Shown here in pieces: positions 1 to 8,686 of a DNA stretch of 32,000 bases; positions within the stretch are counted from its first letter, which is position 1; the number at the start of each line of letters is the position of its first letter. This DNA is from Caldimicrobium thiodismutans. Lineage in GTDB: Bacteria > Desulfobacterota > Thermodesulfobacteria > Thermodesulfobacteriales > Thermodesulfobacteriaceae. The stretch lies in NCBI RefSeq assembly GCF_001548275.1, contig NZ_AP014945.1:1650001-1682000 (forward strand), in the 5' to 3' direction. Made by a program: the position numbers and the translations under genes. Under the pieces are notes generated by a model. That model did no database searches. It was not told where the DNA came from and saw only the letters and a list, made by a program, of their open reading frames with translations.

Positions 1-1
1 T

Positions 2-304
2 CAATTTGTTAAGGCTATAGTTGAGGCCCGGAGGCTCCCTTTAGAAAAAGTTAAAACCCTTGCTAATGGAAAGATTTATACCGGGGAAGAGGCTGTCAAA
101 CTTGGGTTAATTGATGAACTTGGAAATTTTTATCAAGCCCTTGAAGCTCTTAAAAAGCGAACAGGCCTTAAAGAGGTTGTTTTAGTCCATTATCCTGAAA
201 AGAAGGGTATTTTAAAGAAATTTTTAGAGGAACGCCTTCCCTTTAAGTCTGTGCAGGTCTTTGAACCCTTAGGTCTTAGAGCTCTCTATCTTTTACAAAT
301 TTAA
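2..304 (+). CDS. sppA: signal peptide peptidase SppA (36K type), C-terminal fragment; 5' end lies outside the window
   Basis: Frame 2 is open from the window edge to TAA 302-304. The translation ...LANGKIYTGEEAVKLGLIDELGNFYQALE... matches the conserved SppA C-terminal motif (G-x-v-y-T-G-x-x-A-x-x-x-G-L-v-D-x-l-G). Confidence 0.7.
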   Translation, partial: QFVKAIVEARRLPLEKVKTLANGKIYTGEEAVKLGLIDELGNFYQALEALKKRTGLKEVVLVHYPEKKGILKKFLEERLPFKSVQVFEPLGLRALYLLQI

Positions 305-307
305 ACC

Positions 308-1510
308 ATGACCAAACGGGACCTTAGCGAGAGACTTAAAATTCAATTCCCAGAACTGGAAAAAAAGGATCTTGAATTCATTGTGGATAATTTCTTTGAG
401 ATTTTGGCAACAGCTCTCAAAAGGGGAGAAAAGATTGAATTGAGGGGTTTTGGGGTATTAGAGCTTCATTATGCCAAACCCTATTTTTTTACTAATCCTA
501 AGAATAAGCAGAAATATTATCTTAATGGTAAGGCCAGAGCAGTTTTTCATTTGGGAAAGGAGTTAAAGGAGAGATTGAACACCCCTCTTCTGGCTGGGCT
601 TGACCTTGGCACTCAGAGTTTCCGCTTGATTCTTGGAAAGGAACTTGAGGAAAACATCATTTTTTTGAAAAGTTTTAGAGAAAATGTGAGACTTGGTGAA
701 GGATTAACTGAGTCAGGAAATATAAGCTCTCAGGCTATTGAAAGGGCTGTAAAGGCACTTAAAAGCTTCAAAGAGGTTATAGAAAATCATAAGGCTAAGG
801 ATTATTATGCAGTTGGCACAGCAGTCTTCAGAAAGGCGCAGAATGCAAAAGAAGTCCTTAAAAAAATTGCTGAGGAGACGGGTTTTCAGATAGAGGTTAT
901 CTCCCCGGATAAAGAGGCTGAACTTACCTTGCTTGGACTATCTTATGGATTAAAGAAATTGGGGTTGAATTTAAAGAAGTTTCTAATTGTAGATGTAGGA
1001 GGAGGGTCAACAGAGTTTCTCTATCTAAAAGAGGGCCAACCTACCCTTATTAAAAGTCTTGATCTTGGAGCGGTTTCTTTAAAGGAGACCTTTAATCTAA
1101 GGTATCCTTTGACGAGAAGGCTTCTTGAATCCTTAAGGGCTTATGTGAGAGACCAACTTAAAGAACTTCCCAAAGAAGATTTTGAAAAAATAGTTATTAC
1201 TGGAGGGTCTGCCAGTCTTCTTGGGAGCCTTGACCTTAAACTTCTCAAATTTGATCCTGAAAGGCTTCATGGCCATAAAATTACAGCGGATCGGGTGGAG
1301 AAATTAATTCAAAAGCTTGCTGATTCAACCCTGCCAAGGATTAGAATTATGAAGGGAATGGAGGAGGGAAGAGAAGACATTGCCCTTCCCGGGCTTGTGA
1401 TTTACGGGGAGATTCTTGCCTATTTTGGTAAAAATGAACTCTTGCTCAGTGAATATGGAATCTTAGAGGCAACTTTACTTTGCCGCAGTAAGAATTATAA
1501 TATAAGCTAA
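308..1510 (+). CDS. fusion protein: N-terminal IHF-beta/HU-like DNA-binding domain plus Ppx/GppA-family phosphatase (domains I-II)
   Basis: 400-aa ORF. aa 1-92 ([10 protein letters not shown]...[14 protein letters not shown]...NPK...GKELKERLN) parallel E. coli IHF-beta as I recall it (MTKSELIERL...RIEIRGFGSFSLHY...NPKTG...GKELRDRAN). aa ~95-400 carry ASKHA/Ppx-GppA motifs ([20 protein letters not shown]). The ATG lies 3 nt after the sppA stop. Confidence 0.75.
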   Translation: MTKRDLSERLKIQFPELEKKDLEFIVDNFFEILATALKRGEKIELRGFGVLELHYAKPYFFTNPKNKQKYYLNGKARAVFHLGKELKERLNTPLLAGLDLGTQSFRLILGKELEENIIFLKSFRENVRLGEGLTESGNISSQAIERAVKALKSFKEVIENHKAKDYYAVGTAVFRKAQNAKEVLKKIAEETGFQIEVISPDKEAELTLLGLSYGLKKLGLNLKKFLIVDVGGGSTEFLYLKEGQPTLIKSLDLGAVSLKETFNLRYPLTRRLLESLRAYVRDQLKELPKEDFEKIVITGGSASLLGSLDLKLLKFDPERLHGHKITADRVEKLIQKLADSTLPRIRIMKGMEEGREDIALPGLVIYGEILAYFGKNELLLSEYGILEATLLCRSKNYNIS

Positions 1511-1536
1511 ATTTTTTCACAAGGAGAAGATCTTAT

Positions 1537-3006
1537 ATGCTTGAGATCCTTGGTGAAGCCTATACTTTTGATGATCTTTTACTTGTCCCATCTTATTCTC
1601 AGGTCCTACCCAAGGATGTTGAAGTTTGCACATATATTACTTCAAAGATAAAATTGAACATACCTCTTATTTCAGCGGCTATGGACACGGTTACAGAAAG
1701 CCAGATGGCAATAGCTATGGCCAGAGAAGGGGGGCTGGGAGTAATCCATAGAAATATGAGTCTTGAGGAACAGGTCAGAGAGGTTGAGAGGGTTAAAAAA
1801 TCTGAAAGCGGTATGATTTATGATCCCATTACTGTTTCTCCAGATACTACCATTCGTCAGGTTATGGCTCTGATGGAGGAATATAAGATTTCTGGAATTC
1901 CAGTGGTAGTTGGTGCTGAAAAGAAGCTCGTTGGAATTGTTACTAACAGAGATTTACGCTTTGAGACCCAGCTGGATAAACCTGTTAAAGAGGTAATGAC
2001 CAAGGAGAATTTAGTTACCGCAAAGCCTGGGATTACTTTGGATGAGGCAGTCAAAATCCTTCACGAAAGGCGGATTGAAAAGCTTCTTATTGTGGATGAC
2101 AACTTTTGTCTTAAGGGTTTGATAACCATTAAGGATATTGAGAAGATAAAGAAGTATCCAAATGCTTGTAAAGATGAGCTTGGTAGGCTCAGGGTTGGAG
2201 CAGCTATCGGAGTTGGGAAGAATCGCCTTAAGCAGGCTGAGGCTCTGTTAAAGGCAGGTTGTGATGTCCTTTTCATAGACTCGGCTCACGGGCATAGCAA
2301 AAATGTTATTGAGACTATCAAGGAGGTTAAGTCTCACTTTCCAGATTGTCAGTTAATTGCTGGAAATATTGCAACCAGTGAGGCAGCAGAAGCCTTAATC
2401 AAGGCTGGGGCAGATGGTCTCAAGGTAGGTGTTGGTCCAGGATCTATTTGCACAACAAGAATTGTAGCTGGGGCAGGAGTTCCTCAGCTTACCGCTATTC
2501 ACAATGTAGCAGTTATAGCTGATAAATTTGGAATCCCTCTGATTGCGGATGGTGGTATTCGTTTTTCAGGGGATATTACAAAGGCCATTGCAGCAGGGGC
2601 TTATGCAGTAATGATTGGAAATCTCTTTGCAGGAACTGAGGAAGCCCCGGGGGAAACTATTCTTTACGAGGGAAGAACCTATAAGATCTATAGAGGAATG
2701 GGCTCCCTTTCAGCTATGTTTAAAGGAGGAGGAAGGGAAAGATATGGCTATGAAGCTGAGGATATTTCAAAATTTGTGCCTGAAGGAGTGGAAGGAAGGG
2801 TTCCCTATCGTGGGCCAGTTTCTAAGATGATTTATCAGTTAGTAGGAGGTTTAAAGTCCGGGATGGGGTATTGTGGCTGTAAGAGTATTGATGAATTGAG
2901 AAAAAAGGCTAAGTTCATTAAAATAACCCCTGCAGGGTATAGGGAGAGTCATGTGCATGATGTAACTATTCTCCGGGAATCTCCAAATTACTGGGTAGGA
3001 AAATAA
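1537..3006 (+). CDS. guaB: inosine-5'-monophosphate dehydrogenase
   Basis: 489 aa. Catalytic loop [19 protein letters not shown] and an internal CBS pair, with full-length similarity to IMPDH. AAGGAG lies ~10 nt upstream. Confidence 0.97.
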   Translation: MLEILGEAYTFDDLLLVPSYSQVLPKDVEVCTYITSKIKLNIPLISAAMDTVTESQMAIAMAREGGLGVIHRNMSLEEQVREVERVKKSESGMIYDPITVSPDTTIRQVMALMEEYKISGIPVVVGAEKKLVGIVTNRDLRFETQLDKPVKEVMTKENLVTAKPGITLDEAVKILHERRIEKLLIVDDNFCLKGLITIKDIEKIKKYPNACKDELGRLRVGAAIGVGKNRLKQAEALLKAGCDVLFIDSAHGHSKNVIETIKEVKSHFPDCQLIAGNIATSEAAEALIKAGADGLKVGVGPGSICTTRIVAGAGVPQLTAIHNVAVIADKFGIPLIADGGIRFSGDITKAIAAGAYAVMIGNLFAGTEEAPGETILYEGRTYKIYRGMGSLSAMFKGGGRERYGYEAEDISKFVPEGVEGRVPYRGPVSKMIYQLVGGLKSGMGYCGCKSIDELRKKAKFIKITPAGYRESHVHDVTILRESPNYWVGK

Positions 3007-4212
3007 ATGCCCTTTTTTGAATGGAAGGGAAAATCTATCTCAGGTGAGATTCGTTCAGGGGTCTTAGAGGCTCCCAATTCTCAAATTGTAGAAGTTTATC
3101 TCAGAAGATTAAATATTATTCCAATCAAGGTAAATCAGAAGAAGGAAAGTGCCTTTAAAATAAGGCTCAAGAGAGTTTCTGATAAGGAGCTTGCCCTTTT
3201 TACTCGTCAGTTTTCAACGGTGCTTGAGGCTGGTCTTCCCATTGTTAAAGGTCTTGAGACCCTGGCTATGCAGCAGAAAAATATTTATTTTAAAGAAGTA
3301 ATTACAGATTTGAAAAGAAAGGTAGAGGCAGGAATGGCTCTTAGTGAAGGAATGTCCGAATATCCAAAAATTTTTGGAAATCTTTATCTTCAAATGGTTC
3401 GCTCAGGAGAGCAATCAGGAAATTTAGATATTGTTCTTAAAAGACTTGCCAATTACCTTGAAAAGATAGTTGCTCTAAAGTCTAAGATTAAACATGCCAT
3501 GATTTATCCCTCAGTTATAGTCTTTGTAACAATAGTTGTAGTCTCGATCATTATGTTTTTTGTTATACCTAAATTTGCAGAACTTTTTAAAGAAGCTGGT
3601 CAATCCTTACCACTTCCTACGCAAATTTTGATAAATATAAGTCAGAACTTTAAGAGTATATTTTTGTTTTTTGTAGTTTTTATTATTGCATCTGTTATTG
3701 GAATCAAATATTACCGGAAAAGTGAAAAAGGCAGGTATAATACTGACAAGATTCTTTTGCGTTTACCTCTTCTTGGCGAGTTATTTCATAAAGCGGCAAT
3801 ATCAAGAATTGCAAGGACTTTGGCTAATCTCATCGGGGCAGGCGTGCCTTTACTTCAGGCCTTAACCATTGCCGGGGAAACCTCGGGCAATAAAGTTCTT
3901 GAAAAGGCTATGGAAGATACAAGAATTAATGTTTCAGCAGGGCACACCATTGCTGATCCCATGTTTTTCACCGGTGTCTTCCCTTATATGGTAATTGAAA
4001 TGGTGCGTATTGGTGAGATGGCAGGTAATTTAGAAGAGATGCTTACAAAAGTAGCTGATTTTTATGAAGAGGAGGTGGATAGGACTGTGCAGACCCTATC
4101 CACCCTGATTGAACCAATTCTTTTAATCATCCTGGGGATAGTAATTGGTGGAATCTTAGTTGCCCTTTATCTTCCTATTTTCCAGCTGGGTGGAGTTGTA
4201 GGAGGAGGCTAA
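3007..4212 (+). CDS. pilC: type IV pilus assembly platform protein PilC / T2SS-F family
   Basis: 401 aa with two GspF-type repeats and hydrophobic TM segments (e.g. YPSVIVFVTIVVVSIIMFFVIP, and the C-terminal LIEPILLIILGIVIGGILVALYLPIF motif typical of PilC/GspF). The ATG directly abuts the guaB TAA. Confidence 0.9.
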   Translation: MPFFEWKGKSISGEIRSGVLEAPNSQIVEVYLRRLNIIPIKVNQKKESAFKIRLKRVSDKELALFTRQFSTVLEAGLPIVKGLETLAMQQKNIYFKEVITDLKRKVEAGMALSEGMSEYPKIFGNLYLQMVRSGEQSGNLDIVLKRLANYLEKIVALKSKIKHAMIYPSVIVFVTIVVVSIIMFFVIPKFAELFKEAGQSLPLPTQILINISQNFKSIFLFFVVFIIASVIGIKYYRKSEKGRYNTDKILLRLPLLGELFHKAAISRIARTLANLIGAGVPLLQALTIAGETSGNKVLEKAMEDTRINVSAGHTIADPMFFTGVFPYMVIEMVRIGEMAGNLEEMLTKVADFYEEEVDRTVQTLSTLIEPILLIILGIVIGGILVALYLPIFQLGGVVGGG

Positions 4213-4376
4213 CCAGACTTTTTCTTACAGCCTTTCTTGGCAGAACAGCTTGCTTTAGACTCAGACCCTGTTCCTTCTTTTACCATAGAATCTGCCTCTC
4301 CACAGGATGTGCACTTTTTAGGTTTACACCTTGACTCCTTAGTGGTTCCACATTTCTCACATTTCCAAACAGCCAT
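4209..4376 (-). CDS. small (55 aa) Cys-rich zinc-ribbon protein; below the ORF-track length cutoff
   Basis: My reverse-strand translation is MAVWKCEKCGTTKESRCKPKKCTSCGEADSMVKEGTGSESKASCSAKKGCKKKSG*. It has a CxxC...CxxC ribbon pattern and a strong SD (AGGAGGTG) 6 nt upstream of the ATG. Its stop codon overlaps the pilC stop codon. Confidence 0.55.
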   Translation of the reverse strand: MAVWKCEKCGTTKESRCKPKKCTSCGEADSMVKEGTGSESKASCSAKKGCKKKSG

Positions 4377-4438
4377 ATAGCACCTCCTGGAATTTTTTAT
4401 TTAAAAGTTAATCAAGAATTTTTAAAATTTCAATAATT

Positions 4439-4568
4439 TGTATGCATCCATATCCGTTGAGATCATAATCTACCTCTTTGGGCAGATAAATTTGTATTTC
4501 CTCTTATTTCACTTTTTCCCTGTTATCTCTTTCCACCCTTTCTTTTTCTTGTAAGCTTATGAGGAATT
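4439..4568 (+). repeat. intergenic inverted-repeat element, copy F (diverged)
   Basis: Left arm TGTATGCATCCATATCCGTTGAGATC and right arm TTCCACCCTTTCTTTTTCTTGTAAGCTTATGAGG align with the arms of copies A-D. Confidence 0.5.
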
Positions 4569-4627
4569 TAGCTAAAAAGGCAATTAAAAAATTTTTGACC
4601 TTTGGAGAGTGAAATCAATAACTTTTT

Positions 4628-5668
4628 TTACCACTCAAAGCTTTGAACTACGATAATACCTCTCTCTTCTGCCATCTTTAAAGCTATGGGCTTGGCATAG
4701 TGAGTTACTATAAGCTTTACTACTTCTTTATCTCTATAAACCTTTCTAACTGCTATTTCCTTTTTCTCAATCTCTTTTAAGGCTCTATCAAAATCTCTTT
4801 TCCCCTCGTCAAATCTCAACTTAGCCTCTCCAACAAGCACCACTTCTTTTCCATTTACCCTTCCCTTTGCCAGAAAATTGATCTCCTCTCCTTCAATCTC
4901 TGTCCTTATAAATCTTTCTGTAACTTCTATTCCATATTTCTCCTTTAAAACTTTTGGAAGATTCCTGTAAGCTTCATTTTCAAAGGCATAAGAAAAAGTT
5001 CTTGTGAATCCACCAAACTCTTTTCTTAACTGGTGTAAATCCTCCCTTGTTTTTCTGTGCTCTTCCGCAAGCTTTCTTAACTCTTCTTCAGTTTTTTTCT
5101 GGGCTTCCACAAGTTTATTTAATTTTTCTTCAGTTTTTTTCTGAGCTTCCGCGAGTTCATTTACTTTTTCTTCGGTTTTTTTCTGGGCCTGGGCAAGCTC
5201 TTTTACTTCCTGAGCAAGTTCTTTAAGTTCCTGAGCAAGGGCATTTACTTTTTCTTCAGTTTTTTTCTGGGCTTCAGCGAGTTCATTTACTTTTTCTTCG
5301 GTTTTTTTCTGGGCCTGGGCAAGCTCTTTTACTTCTTCAGCGAGTTCATTTACTTTTTCCTCTGTTTTTTTCTGGGCTTCAGCAAGGCTTTTTACTTCCT
5401 GAGCAAGCGCTTTTACTTCCTCAGCAAGGGCATTTACTTTTTCTTCAGTTTTTTTCTGAGCTTCAGTGAGTTTTTTTATTTCCTCTTGGGTCTCTTTTTG
5501 AGCCTTAGTAAGGTCACTAACTATATTTTTTAACTCAAGAAAATCTTCACGCTTTACAGTATCACCAATAGATTTCTCAAGTTTTTCAAGAATTTTTATA
5601 AAAACTTTCCTAACAGGAGGCTCAAGTTCTTCCAGGGCTTTAATTATGTCTACCGCTAAGAGAGCCAT
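4628..5668 (-). CDS. coiled-coil repeat protein with C-terminal PD-(D/E)XK-like (DUF3782-like) domain
   Basis: 346 aa. aa ~55-205 are heptad-based repeats (AQKKTEEKVNELAE / EVKELAQ). The C-terminal ~130 aa (…GEEINFLAKGRVNGKEVVLVGEAKLR…) resemble the restriction-endonuclease-like fold with an E-x-K motif, as seen in thermophile DUF3782-type proteins. Confidence 0.7.
   Translation of the reverse strand: MALLAVDIIKALEELEPPVRKVFIKILEKLEKSIGDTVKREDFLELKNIVSDLTKAQKETQEEIKKLTEAQKKTEEKVNALAEEVKALAQEVKSLAEAQKKTEEKVNELAEEVKELAQAQKKTEEKVNELAEAQKKTEEKVNALAQELKELAQEVKELAQAQKKTEEKVNELAEAQKKTEEKLNKLVEAQKKTEEELRKLAEEHRKTREDLHQLRKEFGGFTRTFSYAFENEAYRNLPKVLKEKYGIEVTERFIRTEIEGEEINFLAKGRVNGKEVVLVGEAKLRFDEGKRDFDRALKEIEKKEIAVRKVYRDKEVVKLIVTHYAKPIALKMAEERGIIVVQSFEW
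5054..5506 (-). repeat. in-frame tandem repeats (42-bp and 21-bp units) encoding the coiled coil
   Basis: Near-identical DNA units recur about 8 times on the + strand, e.g. ttcttcagtttttttctgggcttc / gagttcatttactttttc. Confidence 0.85.
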
Positions 5669-5708
5669 ATTTTTACATTAATTCAACTTTCATAAAAATC
5701 AAGTGTGG

Positions 5709-5815
5709 TGTATAAGTCCCCTATCTTTTGAGACTCAAAGGTTTTTTTCTACTACCTTTCACCTCTTACCTCTCACCTTTTTACCACTTTTTTCAGAAGA
5801 ATGTGATCCTATACA
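5709..5815 (+). repeat. intergenic inverted-repeat element, copy A (short form)
   Basis: TGTATAAGTCCCCTATCTTTTGAGAC ... pyrimidine core CTACTACCTTTCACCTCTTACCTCTCACC ... GAATGTGATCCTATACA. The two ends are imperfect reverse complements. Confidence 0.7.
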
Positions 5816-5884
5816 AAAACCCTATTGACAGGATTTTTATTTATGTTAACTTTTATTAAAATTATAGTTAACAAAGAGGAGTCT

Positions 5885-7687
5885 ATGCGGATAGGTATTA
5901 AAGATTCAGGAGGAGTGAAAAATTTTTCTTTCTGGTGGCTTTTGGGAGGAGCTGTTTTCCTTTCAGGGCAGGGGGAGGCTCTTTCTCAGTCAGAAATTGA
6001 GTTGAAAGAAGTTGAGATTACTGCACCTGCAGTCAAAGAGCCTCCAGAAAGGCTCTCTCAAGAGGTGAGGATTCTTTCAGGTAAGCTTTTGGAGTCCCTT
6101 GGCACTTCCATTTATTCTTCCCTTGATCTGCGTGAAAGGGGAGGCTTTGGAGTTCAGGAGGATTTATCAATCCGGGGGACAACTTTTGAGCAAAATCTTG
6201 TCCTTTTTGAAGGGATCAGGGTTTCTGATTTACAGACCGGGCATCACCTAATGAATCTCCCCTTTACGACTAAAAATCTATCAGCCCTTGAGATTTTGCC
6301 AGGAGGGGCAAGTCCTCTTTATGGAGCAGGGGGTTTTGGTGGGGCCTTAAATTTTTTACTTAAGCCCTCTCAAAGGGGTATAAATTTTTCAGCTGACCTT
6401 GGCTCCTATGACTTTAAATCCGTCTATCTTCAGGGAGGATTCCCCATAGGTAACAGGACTTTTAGCTTAACCCTGGATTCAAAAAAAAGTAATGGTTTTA
6501 TTGAAAATCGGGATTTTGACTTGAGAAGTTTTAATCTTTATACCAAGGATAAAGAGATGACCCTTTTTTACGGATTTACTGAAAAGGACTTCGGGGCAAG
6601 AAATTTTTATACACCCCGCTTTGATAATGAGTTTGAAGAGACAAGGACGCACCTTTTTCTCATAAAGAAATCTCTGGTCCTGAATAACCTTTTTTTAGAG
6701 CCCGCCCTTTTATATCGTAAAAATTATGACTACTACATTCTTGACCGCCAGAAACCCTCCTTTTACCAGAACCAGCATCAGACTTATCTTTACAGGATAA
6801 ATATTCCCGGAGCCTTAGAGACAGAGAGAGCCCTTTACCTCTTCGGGATTGAAACCGGTTATGAGAGACTTAAGAGCTCAAGACTTGGTGAATACTTGCG
6901 CAGAAATTTATCTTTTTACACCGGGGTTAAACCCAAGATTTCAGAGAGGTGGCACCCTTCTTTACAATTGAGATATGATCTCAATGTGGAGGAGAAGGAC
7001 TTTTTGTCCCTTGGTTCTGGCCTTGCCTATAACTTAAAGCCAGGCCTTAAATTAAGAACTGCCTTTAATTATTCCTACAGGCTTCCCAGTGTTACAGAGC
7101 TTAGATATCAATCCTTAGGGATTAAGGGGAATCCTGATCTTTCAGTGGAGAAATCCTTAAACCTTGAGGGTGGCTTTGATTTCCAGAGGCACGATTTAAC
7201 CCTTTCTGGGACACTTTTTTTCAGAAAGGGAGATAATTTGATCGACTGGATTTTTAATGGCACTTCTTCATCAGCAGAAAATACTGATGTAAAAACCCTT
7301 GGTTTTATCTTGCACACTGAAAAGAGCTGGAAAGGGCATACCTTTCTTTTCAGTTATACCTACCTCAATCAAAAGGGAAGAGACATAGAAAAATCCCGCT
7401 ACTATGGAAATTATCTGAGGCATGGTGCAAGCTTGGGAGGAATCTGGAGACTGCCCAGGGAAACAAATTTAAATCTACTCCTTCAGTATCAGAAAAGGCT
7501 GAATCAAAGGGGAATATATGTTCTTGACTTTGAATGGGAAAAGCCCGTAGGGAAGAATTTAAAATTTGCTATCTGGGGAAAGAACCTTTTAGATGAAAAA
7601 TATTACGAAATCTTTTATCCTGAGGCTAAGAAAGGGGTCTCAGGTATTCCCCAGTGGTTTGGAATAAGGGTTGAGGGAGGTTTCTAA
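5885..7687 (+). CDS. TonB-dependent outer-membrane receptor
   Basis: Plug-domain motifs (DLSIRGTTFEQNLVLFEGIRVSD, LEILPGGASPLYGAGGFGGALNF) and a beta-barrel C-terminus ending in aromatic F. I prefer the ATG at 5885 (SD AAAGAGGAG 4 nt upstream) over the track's TTG at 5825. Confidence 0.85.
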   Translation: MRIGIKDSGGVKNFSFWWLLGGAVFLSGQGEALSQSEIELKEVEITAPAVKEPPERLSQEVRILSGKLLESLGTSIYSSLDLRERGGFGVQEDLSIRGTTFEQNLVLFEGIRVSDLQTGHHLMNLPFTTKNLSALEILPGGASPLYGAGGFGGALNFLLKPSQRGINFSADLGSYDFKSVYLQGGFPIGNRTFSLTLDSKKSNGFIENRDFDLRSFNLYTKDKEMTLFYGFTEKDFGARNFYTPRFDNEFEETRTHLFLIKKSLVLNNLFLEPALLYRKNYDYYILDRQKPSFYQNQHQTYLYRINIPGALETERALYLFGIETGYERLKSSRLGEYLRRNLSFYTGVKPKISERWHPSLQLRYDLNVEEKDFLSLGSGLAYNLKPGLKLRTAFNYSYRLPSVTELRYQSLGIKGNPDLSVEKSLNLEGGFDFQRHDLTLSGTLFFRKGDNLIDWIFNGTSSSAENTDVKTLGFILHTEKSWKGHTFLFSYTYLNQKGRDIEKSRYYGNYLRHGASLGGIWRLPRETNLNLLLQYQKRLNQRGIYVLDFEWEKPVGKNLKFAIWGKNLLDEKYYEIFYPEAKKGVSGIPQWFGIRVEGGF

Positions 7688-7693
7688 AAGATA

Positions 7694-8113
7694 TCAGGAT
7701 TTAGAAAGAATCTGGCAGTGAATGGACTGGTTATTAAGGGTGCATTGGGATTTATAGAGGTCAACTCCCTCAAGCTCTCCAGTGATAGTGCCATTTGAGA
7801 TGTGGCCTGAAGCCTCGCAGGTGAAAGTGCCTGTTATGGTGACATTGAGAGTTCCTGAGGCAGTGGCTATGGCATTTCTGCAGTTGGGAAGGGAGGTAAC
7901 ATTCATGGTGATGCTCGGGATATCAGAAGCCCTGCCACTCATACAAAAAGTGAGGGCATCATTGGCGCAGGCCTTAACAATAGGTAAGGCATTGGAAGCA
8001 ATTTTTGATTTTTGTTGATAGCGGATATAAGTGAGTATGGAAATGGAGGCAAGGATGGAAATAATGGCTATGACAATGATCAGCTCAACAAGGGTAAAGC
8101 CCTTAGAATTCAC
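7694..8113 (-). CDS. type IV pilin / pseudopilin (prepilin-type N-terminal cleavage-methylation domain), paralogue 2
   Basis: MNSK|GFTLVELIIVIAIISILASI class III signal sequence and 6 Cys in the globular part. GTG start with no SD. Confidence 0.85.
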   Translation of the reverse strand: MNSKGFTLVELIIVIAIISILASISILTYIRYQQKSKIASNALPIVKACANDALTFCMSGRASDIPSITMNVTSLPNCRNAIATASGTLNVTITGTFTCEASGHISNGTITGELEGVDLYKSQCTLNNQSIHCQILSKS

Positions 8114-8116
8114 GAT

Positions 8117-8147
8117 AAAAAAATAAGGAGCCTGAAAGGGGCTCCTT
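8117..8147 (-). terminator. intrinsic terminator between the two pilin genes
   Basis: On the minus strand the stem AAGGAGCC/GGCTCCTT (8 bp, 7-nt loop) is followed, after one A, by T7. It ends 4 nt before the GTG of pilin 2. Confidence 0.6.
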
Positions 8148-8208
8148 GGAGAAAGGTTTTAAATTCCTATTAATTTGCATACATATAACTTCATAATCAT
8201 ATAATTTA

Positions 8209-8232
8209 AACCCCCTTTTTTAAAAGGGGGTT
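8209..8232 (-). terminator. GC-clamped palindromic hairpin downstream of pilin 1 stop
   Basis: AACCCCCTTTT/AAAAGGGGGTT palindrome 23 nt after the stop at 8255. The U-tract is weak on both strands. Confidence 0.35.
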
Positions 8233-8254
8233 AAACCATATAAGAATAATATTT

Positions 8255-8686
8255 CTATTGCCCTTCAACTACACATTTAATATTTTGGTTATCAATTGTG
8301 CATTTAGCTATATAATCACTTGCTGCAGTTAGGTTACCAGTAACGGAGGCACCTGAAAGTTTCCCGTCATTTGAACAAGTTCCTGGAGTAGTGGCAAGAG
8401 TTACATCACCACCTGCAGTATTAAAAGTTTGACTACCATTACTAAAACAATTAGGGGTTGAGGTTTGGGTTACAGTGTAATTTGAAGGATTTTCAACACA
8501 AGCAGTCACCATGTCCATGGCGCAAGCCCTTGCTACTGGAAGAGCATAACTTGAAACCTTTGATTTCCTCTGATACTTCAGATACTGAGGGATGGCAATG
8601 CTTGCAAGAATGGCAATGATGGCAATAACAATCATCAACTCAACCAGGGTAAAACCACCCACCTTACTTCCTCTAAGCTTCCTCAT
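8255..8686 (-). CDS. pilA: type IV pilin (likely major pilin), paralogue 1
   Basis: [10 protein letters not shown]|[25 protein letters not shown] prepilin motif and 6 Cys. Very strong SD (AAAGGAGGTG) 4 nt from the ATG. Confidence 0.88.
   Translation of the reverse strand: MRKLRGSKVGGFTLVELMIVIAIIAILASIAIPQYLKYQRKSKVSSYALPVARACAMDMVTACVENPSNYTVTQTSTPNCFSNGSQTFNTAGGDVTLATTPGTCSNDGKLSGASVTGNLTAASDYIAKCTIDNQNIKCVVEGQ

Noticed and set aside
1857-2830. Track ORFs 1857-2054(-), 2061-2276(-) and 2615-2830(+) inside guaB
   Set aside because: They are antisense or off-frame shadows of a highly conserved IMPDH gene. They have no SD, and their composition is low-complexity, typical of shadow frames.
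5669-5884. Cobalamin or other riboswitch in front of the TonB-dependent receptor
   Set aside because: The spacer is almost entirely occupied by repeat copy A. No B12-box-like (GCCACTG) or other riboswitch core is visible. A consensus TTGACA at 5825-5830 lacks a matching -10 at 16-18 nt.
5825-5884. TTG-initiated 20-aa N-terminal extension of the TonB receptor ORF
   Set aside because: There is no SD for the TTG. The ATG at 5885 has AAAGAGGAG upstream, and a signal-peptide-like region follows it.
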